From assembly GCA_051599415.1 (NCBI GenBank), contig AP039715.1:124001-188000 (forward strand): 64,000 bases of DNA. The letters run 5' to 3'. Position numbers and translations under genes: made by a program. This DNA comes from Savitreella phatthalungensis (lineage: Eukaryota). Below, one piece after another: positions 1 to 9,961 of this stretch; position 1 is the stretch's first letter, and each line of letters begins with the position of its first letter. Below the pieces are notes generated by a model. It did no database searches and had not been told where the DNA came from. It was given only the letters and a program-made list of their open reading frames with translations.

Positions 1-736
1 ACGAGTCTCGTGCCTCCTGGAGAACCTTCGGATCAATGCAACGCTGGTTGTGCTGTCTATGGACGACGGACACTGCGATGCTTATGAGATGCTCGTGGGC
101 CGGCGGGAGTGGTCTGAAGAGCTCCGAGCCGAGCTACGTGACGAACAGGTCGAGCGTGCGTATACTAGCCGCCGTTCCTCAACATCTTCTCGAGCCGTTT
201 CAGTTTCACGTCGAAAGCTCAGCATGCATGAAGAGGACCTCTCCCGTCCTTTGTCTTTCAAATTGCATGTGCCGATGCCGCCATGGAGCGGCACGTCAAC
301 GGATACTGAAGATGATGATGATGATGATGCCTTGCACTACGAGTCAGGTGATCTGCAAGCTGACCTGCTGCCGCCCAGTACGACCGTTGAGCACGCTGCT
401 GCACCACTTGACATACCCTCGCAGCCTGGAGCCACAACTATCACCTTCGCCCCTGCCCCGACGGACGCTCGCGAATACCGCGCTACTCAAGCACCGAGCC
501 CGACGTTCGATGATTTATCATGCAAAGCACAGCACCTAATCATCAATTCTTTGATTCGTGCTCAATCGGGCGAGACAGCGGTCGTCTTTACTACCCTACC
601 GCCACCAGATCGTGGCACTCACCGAGACGAGCATGCGTCTCGCAGATATCTAGAGAATCTGGCCGCCTTGACCGATGGTCTGCCACCGACCATTCTCATT
701 CACTCAAAGAGTCTTACGGTAACCACAGCCTTGTGA
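1..736 (+). CDS. 3' end of a cation-chloride cotransporter (SLC12/Vhc1-like); 5' part lies outside the window
   Basis: Frame open from window start; C-terminal motif TAVVFTTLPPP...YLENLAALTDGLPPTILIHSKSLTVTTAL typical of the fungal SLC12 C-terminal domain. Confidence 0.8.
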   Translation, partial: RVSCLLENLRINATLVVLSMDDGHCDAYEMLVGRREWSEELRAELRDEQVERAYTSRRSSTSSRAVSVSRRKLSMHEEDLSRPLSFKLHVPMPPWSGTSTDTEDDDDDDALHYESGDLQADLLPPSTTVEHAAAPLDIPSQPGATTITFAPAPTDAREYRATQAPSPTFDDLSCKAQHLIINSLIRAQSGETAVVFTTLPPPDRGTHRDEHASRRYLENLAALTDGLPPTILIHSKSLTVTTAL

Positions 737-785
737 ACCGGTTTCATCGGGAGAACAGAAATGCATGTAAAAATGAGAAGTCGAC

Positions 786-1503
786 CTAAAGATTGTGATT
801 CTCCGGTGTCGATTGTCCACAAGCTGCAAGCGACATGGAGTCGGATACATGTGTCAAGTCGTGAGACCCCCCAGTGCCTAGGTGAATGGCCATCAAGGTG
901 TCTGCCAGCATTGCAACACCATCTTCACACTCGTCTTCTTCAGCACGCGTCTCGGAAGGCGCAGACTTATCAGCAGCCTCCGAAACATACTCCCGTTGCT
1001 CTGCAACATAGCCTTCTATCCTGCCCTGTCGGGCCATTCCGGTGCTCGTTGACGTGCAGCAATCGGGAGCATCTTGGAATCGACCACTGTCGTATTCGTC
1101 CGCGAAGATTGATTCGCACTTCTTGACACCTGCTGTCGTCACTGATGTTGCTGGCGGAGCGCAGCGTGGAGCCGTATCGCGCCTTGGATGTGGTTCAATC
1201 CAGGCGCCCAGCAAAACTTTTCTCTCGCTTTCTTGGCCTCTCTTCTGCATTTGTGCTGGTTCATCAGGCGGCACATTCTCCTTCTGTGTGTCGAGTAGCC
1301 TAGAGAGTCAGCCTCAGTTTAATCACTCAACACAAACTGTCGATTGGACAGCTCATTGCATTATTCAACAAAGGGTTGTTCCGCTCTTACGCGTGATATT
1401 CTGCACGTAGATGACGATAGGCGCTATCAAGCTCAACGTGTGCTTGCTGCAGCTTGGCAAAGTCTCGTTGCAGCTGGAGGTACGCCTCAGCGATCGAAGC
1501 CAT
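786..1503 (-). CDS. Spliced 208-aa orphan protein: N-terminal coiled coil followed by KEN box (exons 1503-1391 and 1299-786)
   Basis: ATG at 1503; 91-nt intron 1390-1300 with GTAAGA donor, GCTGAC branch, TAG acceptor; splicing joins MASIAEAYLQLQRDFAKLQQAHVELDSAYRHLRAEYHA to LLDTQKENVPPDE in frame with ORF 786..1274. Confidence 0.65.
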
Positions 1504-1665
1504 TCTTTTTCACGGCTCGACTCGAGCTGTCGAATCGCCATATATTCAGAATCTCCAGCAATGCGATAAAAATGATCGATTGCTATCTCGGCTGTGGTCC
1601 CGTAAGGCAAGCTCAGCGCTGTCTACGATATATGTGCCGCGGTACTTGACGGCGCTCTAGAATAG

Positions 1666-2445
1666 CTACGAGGCCTGTTTGTCGTTGGCGTCTTCGACTG
1701 TTTTGCCCTTGGCAAGGACACCGCCAAAGCCTCCGCCAAATCCTCCGCCAATACCGCCACCGAAGCCTCCACCGAAGCCAATGCCACCGAGCCCTCCCAA
1801 GCCTCCGAGTCCTCCTAGCCCTCCAAATCCTCCAAGGAGGGGAAACCCACCAAGTCCGAAACCCAGGCCGAGTGACGACGACAGAAATCCGCCGATGCCG
1901 GCAGAAAATGCCCCACCGAGTCCTAGACCGCCAAGGCCCAGGCCGCCACCAAGACCAAAACCGAGGCCGCCTCCCAAACCAAGTCCGCCGCCAAGACCGA
2001 AGCCACCCAGTCCGAGGCAGAGAGAGCGACCGAGGGTTGTCTTCTGCTCAGTGGAGAGCGTCTTGAGATCGCCGAAGCCGCCGTCACTGAGTGCTTTCGA
2101 GATCACCGGCGACGGGTCGGTGTTGTTACGAGCAGCATCGACGACGGCTGCACGCGCGACAGCAATGGCCGACTGCTGTGCCGGCGTAAATTGGGACGTC
2201 ACATTGGCTTCGACAGACTTGGCGTATGCAGAGAATGCTTTGGCGACCTTTTCTTTCGTGACAGTGGACGATGCGTCGGCCTGAGCGTCAGGGGCTGTAG
2301 ACGTCGGCGTTGGAAGATCATCTCGCTTGTGGATGGCTGCATCCCAAGAGTCAATGTGAGGAACGGCTACTGCCACAGAATCAGGCCGAGCCAGGGGCAT
2401 AGCAGAAGCGGCAAGAATGAAGCATGCGATTGTGCGAGTGAACAT
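1666..2445 (-). CDS. Secreted protein with Gly/Leu/Phe-rich low-complexity C-terminal half
   Basis: Hydrophobic signal peptide, KR dibasic site (IHKRDD), ~100 aa of GGLGLG/GGFGG repeats. Confidence 0.8.
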   Translation of the reverse strand: MFTRTIACFILAASAMPLARPDSVAVAVPHIDSWDAAIHKRDDLPTPTSTAPDAQADASSTVTKEKVAKAFSAYAKSVEANVTSQFTPAQQSAIAVARAAVVDAARNNTDPSPVISKALSDGGFGDLKTLSTEQKTTLGRSLCLGLGGFGLGGGLGLGGGLGFGLGGGLGLGGLGLGGAFSAGIGGFLSSSLGLGFGLGGFPLLGGFGGLGGLGGLGGLGGIGFGGGFGGGIGGGFGGGFGGVLAKGKTVEDANDKQAS

Positions 2446-2665
2446 TGCTGGATTTGCTGTCGCTTTCGGGGATTGGTTATCTCTTTGTGAGGATCGACCT
2501 TCGGCTTAAGTAGACTGCTTTATGCCTGGCTCGAACCTATACTCCAGTGTGAAGCAAGTGTTTCGTGCTCAGCATTTGGTGAAGGCTGGAACGATCGCCA
2601 CCTCGAAGGTCAGTGCGTGCGTAATCCTCATGGACCGTGCATTTTATATCGAAGTCGTGAGAGGA

Positions 2666-4675
2666 TCAGAAAGCTCCTGGCATACGTTGATCCTCTCTAT
2701 CTTCCTGGACGCGGCTGTCGTTGTCGCTTTCATCCGTCTCATCAGCTTCAGTGCGCGAGACTTCCATCGGTCCACCAAGGAGCCCAAAGAGGCGTTCCAT
2801 GTATCGGGCCAGTGTACCGTGAGCAGGTGCAGCATCTGCTTGTTCAGTTGTGTCAGCGCCGGCGTCTTCTACTCGGACATCTTCAAGCATCTCCTGAATT
2901 TGCTGCTGCATTGCGATTTCGTCTGCAGCTTCGTGAACACCATTGCCGTTTGGCCGGCCTGCGCCGATCGCTTGCTGGAGCAGTTCTTGCAGAAGTCGCG
3001 GGACACTCTCAAGACCTCCACTTGCACCGTCGCTACTGCGAGATGGCATGTACTCGTCAAGATATGATGGTTGTGAGTTTTCTGGCGGAATAGGATCCCA
3101 TGCGAGCATCATGTGGGGATTGTTCGTGATGTGTTTTGGCAGATGATGTAGTAGTGTGCGCTCGTCGAGGAGTAGAACATGTCTGTACACTGCATAGGGA
3201 AGCTGTGAAGAATATGCTTTCTCAAGGCTCTTGGTAAGTTCAGAATCGCACTTGGCTGCTTGTGCTGCCTTCATAAGTAGTGCTGTCGCCTCAGGCGTTG
3301 CCCAGATATCGCGACACCGCAGGACGTACAGGTCGGTCAACAGCTGGGTCCGCGGTCCAGCAGGCTCGCAAGCTTGTAAGGTCTCCGGGACCGGTCTTTC
3401 AAGCGCTTTGAGTAGATCTCTTGCAATCATCGGCCAGCTCTCGATGGCAGAGACGAGAGCGGTATGCGCAAAACCAGCATCTTTCGTGACAGAGCTTGCG
3501 AGAGCTTTTGTGTATGCCCAATGTTTCAAGCGATCTCTTGGCTCGTCATCGCTGTGCTCGAGAATCACAGGCAGCGAATTTGCCAGGTAATCCCACTTGC
3601 GTGCTTTGAAAGCATAGTAGTCCAAGGAAAGAAGGGTCGCGTATGGGTCAAACTCTGGATCGAGCGCGTAGATCAGGCGATTGAACTCGAACGCTGTGGT
3701 CCAGCACGCTCTACGCCCGAGTGTCTGGATATATCTGTAGGCTGCCAGGTAGAATGGTCGGTTCTCTTGAATCTCAAAAGGCAGACGTGCGAGACCGAGC
3801 CCAAGGTTGAAGAGTGGATGCATTGCTCGATCAAAGGCATAAAGCGCACGAGTCAAAAGATCGAGTGAGCCTTCCCCATCGCCTTGGTGTCTAAGAATCT
3901 CACTGCACTGCAGCAGCGTGTCGATGTGGAACGGTGCTCGAGATAGCAGATTCATCAACAGCTGTGGGTCGCCTGCTTGCGTCGTCGACAGGAATGCGAG
4001 CTGGAATTGACGATAACGCGCGCCGTGAGTGAAAGCAAAGTCACGACAGCCGTCGTCGTACTTCTGCAACAAGTCCATTGACAGATTGCCGCGGATATCT
4101 GACGGCCAATTGTCCTCAATGGGCACGAGGATACTCTTGCGAGCATTTCTACTCGGAGTGTTTCGTTTAGTTCGCTCACCGTCGATCACTTTGCTGCCGA
4201 AGAGCTTGCGCATCTCCACGTTCGGGTCTAGACCTTTGATATCGACTTGCAGACATTTGATAAGGTCTCCGGGTCGGCGAGCTGGAGTTTCTTTCTCTTG
4301 TAGACTTAGCTGTGCCTGATGCTCTGCTAGTATAGAGTCTAGCGGGTCGTCGTGAGCTTCTGATTCTGTAGCTTGCTTTTGTTTCTGCTGCTTTGCCTTC
4401 TTCTTCTTCTTCTTCTGGCGAGCTTTGGTCGGGGTCGATCCGACTTCTTCAGCTTTCAGCTGTTCCTCCTCTGAAGATACATCGTTGTTATTCTCGTTCG
4501 TGTCGTTCTCTACCTCAGACTCATTCAGCAAATCAAAGGGGTTGCGCACAGGTGCAGTGCCTTCGTCCTCACCATCGTTCTCATCGCCGCTATCTTCAGC
4601 TTCAGCTTCTCTAGCAGCCTGTGCCAGCTGATCCTCCAACTGCTGCTTCTTCGCACGTCGTAATGCTCGTGACAT
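2666..4675 (-). CDS. RQC1: Ribosome quality-control protein Rqc1/TCF25
   Basis: Acidic/basic N-terminus, LDPNVEMRKLFG, PFHIDTLLQCSE, ENRPFYLA...RRACWTTAFEF, DPY motifs of the TCF25 family. Confidence 0.85.
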   Translation of the reverse strand: MSRALRRAKKQQLEDQLAQAAREAEAEDSGDENDGEDEGTAPVRNPFDLLNESEVENDTNENNNDVSSEEEQLKAEEVGSTPTKARQKKKKKKAKQQKQKQATESEAHDDPLDSILAEHQAQLSLQEKETPARRPGDLIKCLQVDIKGLDPNVEMRKLFGSKVIDGERTKRNTPSRNARKSILVPIEDNWPSDIRGNLSMDLLQKYDDGCRDFAFTHGARYRQFQLAFLSTTQAGDPQLLMNLLSRAPFHIDTLLQCSEILRHQGDGEGSLDLLTRALYAFDRAMHPLFNLGLGLARLPFEIQENRPFYLAAYRYIQTLGRRACWTTAFEFNRLIYALDPEFDPYATLLSLDYYAFKARKWDYLANSLPVILEHSDDEPRDRLKHWAYTKALASSVTKDAGFAHTALVSAIESWPMIARDLLKALERPVPETLQACEPAGPRTQLLTDLYVLRCRDIWATPEATALLMKAAQAAKCDSELTKSLEKAYSSQLPYAVYRHVLLLDERTLLHHLPKHITNNPHMMLAWDPIPPENSQPSYLDEYMPSRSSDGASGGLESVPRLLQELLQQAIGAGRPNGNGVHEAADEIAMQQQIQEMLEDVRVEDAGADTTEQADAAPAHGTLARYMERLFGLLGGPMEVSRTEADETDESDNDSRVQEDREDQRMPGAF

Positions 4676-5292
4676 ACGTCTGTTCCCCTTCCTGAAGACT
4701 ATATGGCCTTCTGTGATGACCTTCGACTTGCCTCAAGGACGGACTAGCTGGAAGGTATGAGTTCAATTTTGTGGGAAAGCACGTACGCTTTCGACGTCAT
4801 ACAAACCAATCAATATTATTTTTTATGCTTGGGCACTGCATCTGAAGTTGTGGATACATTGCATGAGATCCAGAATCGAACGAGAGTATACATGTGTTCT
4901 CTTGATCATGCTGAGGTTCGCTGTAAGGACGTACGATCGAGTGTGCGTGGCCAGAGGTAGTCTAGCGGCCGTCAATGTAAGCTTGAAAGATCTGCTGAGC
5001 TACAGGTCAGGTTTTTACATTGATGCATATTGACAAGACCACGTAGGTTCAATCGTTTGGTTACTTGCTCTCGGAAGCGAAGCTATTCGCCTGATCCGAC
5101 GAGCGAGGACAATCAGATGTGTGAGCAGAGACGCAGAGGGGAATAAAGGGGGAGGATTGAAATATGTTACATATGACACTACGTCGAAGAAGCTTGAATT
5201 TGATGATAAGTTTTTGTGGTGCCAGAGTCAAAAAAGTTGGCGGTCAATGGGAGACGTTCGCATGTGTCGGACATCCGAATAGTATACGCTCT

Positions 5293-6894
5293 TTACAGAG
5301 TGTACCTGGTCTTGCCGAACTGGCGAGCGGGCGTTCCGGCATCGAATGCCTTCTGGATCTCCCAGAAGGTCATCTTGTCCATGTTGGGAATGCGGAAGAA
5401 TGTGTATGTAACGCACATGAGACCGCAAGCAGCCCAAATGAAGCCAACCTTGCCACCGATGTACGTGTCGGATGAGTTGTTGATGAAGTATGGTTGGATT
5501 GTACCGGCGAGCAGACCGACAATGTTGTAAATGATACGAGCGAGACCGATCGTCTTGTTGCGGAGAGCGACGGATGGCACCTCGGCGATGACGGAGTAAG
5601 TGACCGGGGCGAAGACGTCGTAGACAGCCACGAACAGGAACATGAAAGAGGCCTGTGCCCAGGTAGCGCTGTCGGTTCCAGGGATCGAGCAGGCGCCGAC
5701 GATGGTCATGATGACAACGAGCATGGACATGGTGACGAGGATGATGTTGCGCTTGCTGAAGTAAGCCATGAGGACCCAGGAGACGAATGTTCCGCAAACA
5801 CCGATGGCAAACTGTCCTGCGCCGAGGGAGTATGCAGCGGTAGACGAGAGACCGACAGTGGTGAAGAAGTAGATCGAAGAGCCTGCGAACGGCGAGCCAG
5901 ACAGCTGCTGCATGACCCAGGTGAGGCAGGAAATCTCAGTGCGGCGGATGTTGGCGCGGTTGAAGCACGAGAAGTAGGTAGCGTTCTTGGTGGCCTCTGC
6001 CTCAACTTCGTTCGTCTTGACAATCATGGCCAGATAGGCGTCAATGTCGACCTTTCCGGGGCTGGTAAGGCGCTCGAGAGCACGGCGGGCGTCTGCCTGG
6101 CGACCTTTGCGCTGCAGCCACCATGGGGACTCTGGAGCGAAGTAGATGCCGATCATGAGCGGCACGGGCCAGATCCATTGAAGGGCAAAGGGAATGCGCA
6201 CAGCCATGGCGTCTGTGCGGTGGACGAGACCCGTGAGGATGCCGGTAGCGAGCACCTGACCGATGCACCACGAGGCGTTCGTGAAAGCGGTCAGCTGGGA
6301 TCGAACTGCGACGGGTGCGATCTCAGAAGCGTAAGCTGGCGCAGCGGTGGAGAAGAAGCCCCATGGTAGACCGGCGAGCGCCTCGAAGATGATGAGCTGG
6401 GTCATGTTGGCCGAGAAGAAAATTCCGAAGAGGATGCCGATGATTGCGGTCAGGGAGAACAGGAAGCAGGGACGGTAGCCGAAACGCTTGATAGCAGGTC
6501 CACCGACGAGGACACCGATGATCTGGGTGACGAGAAGCATACCGTTCAGCAGGGACTGGTCGCGGGCGGAGATGTCCTTGACGATCTTGCCTGCATTGGC
6601 GCCAGAGTGGATGAGAATCTCCTTGCCGTAGAGCTCTTTGAAGGCAGGGTAGCCGATCAGCGAAGGAATGAGGATGGTGTCGTAGCCCTCCATGACGACG
6701 CACATAAGGAAGATGATGGAGAAGATGACTGCCTTTGGCCAAGTACGAATGGCCTCGCGAATGGTCATCTGGTGCTCAGTCTCCGTGGCAGCAAGGGCTG
6801 CGGCATTGAGCTCGCCGGTGGAGATCTTCTCCACACTGCCGCCATTCTCGACCTCCTCGACGTAAGTGTCCTGCTTTGTTTCTGTGATTGCCAT
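5293..6894 (-). CDS. MFS sugar porter, alpha-glucoside/maltose permease type
   Basis: 12-TM pattern; VVMEGYD, AYASEIAP, ALQWIWP, APESPWWL, RRTEI, IAEVPS motifs of the Mal11/Agt1-like clade. Confidence 0.9.
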   Translation of the reverse strand: MAITETKQDTYVEEVENGGSVEKISTGELNAAALAATETEHQMTIREAIRTWPKAVIFSIIFLMCVVMEGYDTILIPSLIGYPAFKELYGKEILIHSGANAGKIVKDISARDQSLLNGMLLVTQIIGVLVGGPAIKRFGYRPCFLFSLTAIIGILFGIFFSANMTQLIIFEALAGLPWGFFSTAAPAYASEIAPVAVRSQLTAFTNASWCIGQVLATGILTGLVHRTDAMAVRIPFALQWIWPVPLMIGIYFAPESPWWLQRKGRQADARRALERLTSPGKVDIDAYLAMIVKTNEVEAEATKNATYFSCFNRANIRRTEISCLTWVMQQLSGSPFAGSSIYFFTTVGLSSTAAYSLGAGQFAIGVCGTFVSWVLMAYFSKRNIILVTMSMLVVIMTIVGACSIPGTDSATWAQASFMFLFVAVYDVFAPVTYSVIAEVPSVALRNKTIGLARIIYNIVGLLAGTIQPYFINNSSDTYIGGKVGFIWAACGLMCVTYTFFRIPNMDKMTFWEIQKAFDAGTPARQFGKTRYTL

Positions 6895-9800
6895 TGTCGC
6901 TCCTAGCTTGCTGTGAAGTAGCTCTGGAGGTTTGTTGGGATTGAGGATGTCTGTGTCAAGATGGGACAGACGAGTGTACTTATAGACTTCAGTTGGACAT
7001 CATTGCCGAAGGGTTACGCGGAATGGGAAGTCTGAGTCGATCTGGTGGTTCAGGTCGACTGAGCGCGTGTGGAGTGCAATATCTTTTCGGCCGATAGACA
7101 CAAGGTTTAGGTGTTCTTGCTAGCCAGGAGTGACAGGCGGGCTGGGGTTGGGATTCCTTGCATGGATGTGGGGAGAGCGTCATGCGGGTGATCCGGCCGA
7201 GTGTGACAGAAACGCGTCGAGCACCACGAGCTTTCCGCAGTGGCCAAGTAATTATCATCTACCATTGGCACAGACATCCGCCTATAGTAGTGATGGCGAG
7301 TGCCGCGAATAGTGGGTTAAGGTCGTCGCTAAGGATGTACCAGCGCACGGAGCCATTGTGAATGGCTGCGTCTGGCATTCTAGCTCGATTGGTTGGAATA
7401 AATTGTGTTAATGCTGATGCAGGTCAAAGGATTGTTCCAAGTCATGGCTCTTCGGCCGTGAATTGAGATTTAAATTATGTAAAATGAAGCGAGTCAACTG
7501 ACAGGTGTGTGGGGAGAATTGAAATGAAAGCTTTTGCCATTCAAGTGGTTTAAACGTTCGAGAGCAACTGGGAGCAATTACGAATGAAAAATCGCCTGCC
7601 GAAACCCAAATGCAGAAGACAGTCGATCTACCAAAAAGCCAATGTTAATTTGCTGTCAGCTAGCTGGTTCAGCAATTTGGCTGTATGGGTGATGGGCGGT
7701 TGCCTGACCACAGTCTGAGCTTGTAAAAAGGTACTGAAAGCCTAACTATCGTGGGTGGAGCACTTTGTGGCGTTTCGCAATTGACTTGGGGTCTGTGCTC
7801 ATGGGGTGCCGTCAATAAATCCCCATGGAGATTGCTTTCCCATGGGGAGCAAATTCCTTCTACTCGAGATTGATATTGTCTTAAGCTGAAAAGCGCCTGA
7901 CGGATTCCAGCTGCAATGCATTTGGCTGGAATTTGAGGCTACGTGTTCAAGGCCAAGCTGGAAAAATCCTCTCAATTCAAGCCAAGCTAAGCTGCAGATC
8001 TGGGGTTCGGCCGCGGGCCTAATCAAGTTTGAAAATGATCGATTAGCCAACCATTCCTTTGTCCCTGAGCTATAATCAAAATCCAGCAGAATCTTTTGGA
8101 GAAAAAAAGGGGGCGGAGCCAAGCTCAGGGTGGTCGCGTGACACCGCCGATATCTCTACCAATAGTAGGCTGAATGGCGAGGTGGAATTCTTCTTGACTT
8201 GCTCAATATCACAGAGGGCGAACTTTCCGTCCTGGGATGGCTTCTCCATTGGTGCTGAGCATCAAGCTAGATACCGCTAAAATTTTACAAAGCACGAAAT
8301 TACGTCGTAAAGCCAGGACAGCTAGTATTTCCTTCAAGTACACTGAATTGAGTAATTAGAGATGGGAAGCATCAAGCTAGACAATATGATATCCTATCCG
8401 TCTTCGGGCCGATAGAATTTCGCGGCGCCCGTCTGATCGCGATCGATCATGTTTAATTGATCTTGATTGGAGCATCCAGGATGCCATCCATCGCCGGTCT
8501 CAAGGCACTTGAATCTCTATGCGAAAGGACTGCCCATACATCTGCTTGTGCACGGAACAGGGGAGCATAGTCTCGCTAAGCGCGCCACGCGATCTGATTC
8601 ATATGCATGCACCCATATACTCCAACAACCAGTCGATAGACTGGGGATCGTCTGAGCATCGGCGCCCGTGACCAGCTGGACTTCAGACCACGCGCAGAGT
8701 GACCACTAAGATATCTCCGTGTGGAAGACCCTATGACCATAGCCAATTTCTCCACAAGTTGCATACTTTGCTTCTGTGCAAGTAGCCTGGTCTCAGCGTA
8801 GGTCTGAGCAGAAGTCTGACACGGTCTTTGCACAGGAGCAGCAAGCTTTCTGCTGGACGACGTCAGAGCGAAAGACTCATGATATCGGCTTCAATGAATC
8901 ACGAGTCACCCGCAAACGCTCGCTTCCGCTGAACACCGCAAATTCATACGGCACACGCACTCCATGGGGTATACACGCGTAGGATTGTAAGGTGACCTAG
9001 CTGTGCCGATGAGCAAGACTCGATCGACCAATGGTTCAACCGATCGCACGTACGTCAACCCGCAAAAGTGCCTATCCCGCTTCCGGCCCGAAGATTCATC
9101 TTTCACATAAAGACCTTGGCCAGCTAAAAGATTTACACAACTGGGAAAATGTAGCTGGAATTATGTGTATTCAATACGCTGGGAAATTCTGTCCAACATT
9201 TGGGAACCAAGATTGCTGAGACATAGAGTCGCTGCGTTCGTCGACGGACTTATTCCCGGACTAATACCTTTCTCTGCCTTTAGAGATTTACCTTGCGTGT
9301 CTGTGCGTCCCACAATGTATCCCACGTATTGAAAATGATTTCTCTTTCCATATTGAAACTAACTGTTTTATATCGTGCATCACTGTTCCTGTGAAGCGCA
9401 AAAGCGGAGATTCTGGAGACTAAATGGACTCACCCTTAGCATCGGATGCAAGCATCTTGTTTGCTTTGAACATCTCCCCAAGGACCTGCGTGGAGATGGA
9501 AGACAGAACGTCACGGATCGCAAGTTTTCCGCAGGGAGAATGAGAAGGCAAAGCTTCGCTGGTAAATTCGATGAAGATAGATAGCTCGTCATATATTTGG
9601 AAAACGCCTTCCGTAAATCAGAGTTCATTTCGTACACTGATTTGCAAATCGACTTTTACTTGATATTTGGCTGTAGGTATGCATATGGCCATCCGTGGGC
9701 ATGTCATCAATTGGCAGATGCATCAATACTGTTCAGGCATCAAATGCCACATGCAGCTATAGTTAGCCAACCCATATGTGTCAAGCTACGAAGATCATGC

Positions 9801-9961
9801 AATTGATCACTCAAACTTCGGCCGAACTCTGACCTCGGGCTATGGGACTGCATGGAGAGTTGTACACAGCTACAGGCTGTTCTTCGAGACTTGCTCCTAG
9901 TCATCCAATGCGTGAAGTGTTGTACCGCGGTTTATAAGTCCCTGGCAGCCCGCCAGAATCA

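Noticed and set aside
1679..2284. Pro-rich 201-aa ORF on plus strand
   Set aside because: Antisense shadow of the Gly-rich secreted gene
5494..6369. 291-aa plus-strand ORF (and similar long shadows such as 44617-45237, 46079-46585)
   Set aside because: Antisense to well-supported genes with biased codon usage; no motifs
6895..9961. SYGGRG (CreA/Mig1) sites and a possible MAL activator remnant
   Set aside because: Site count looks no higher than chance for 3 kb; no Zn2Cys6 pattern found in any listed ORF
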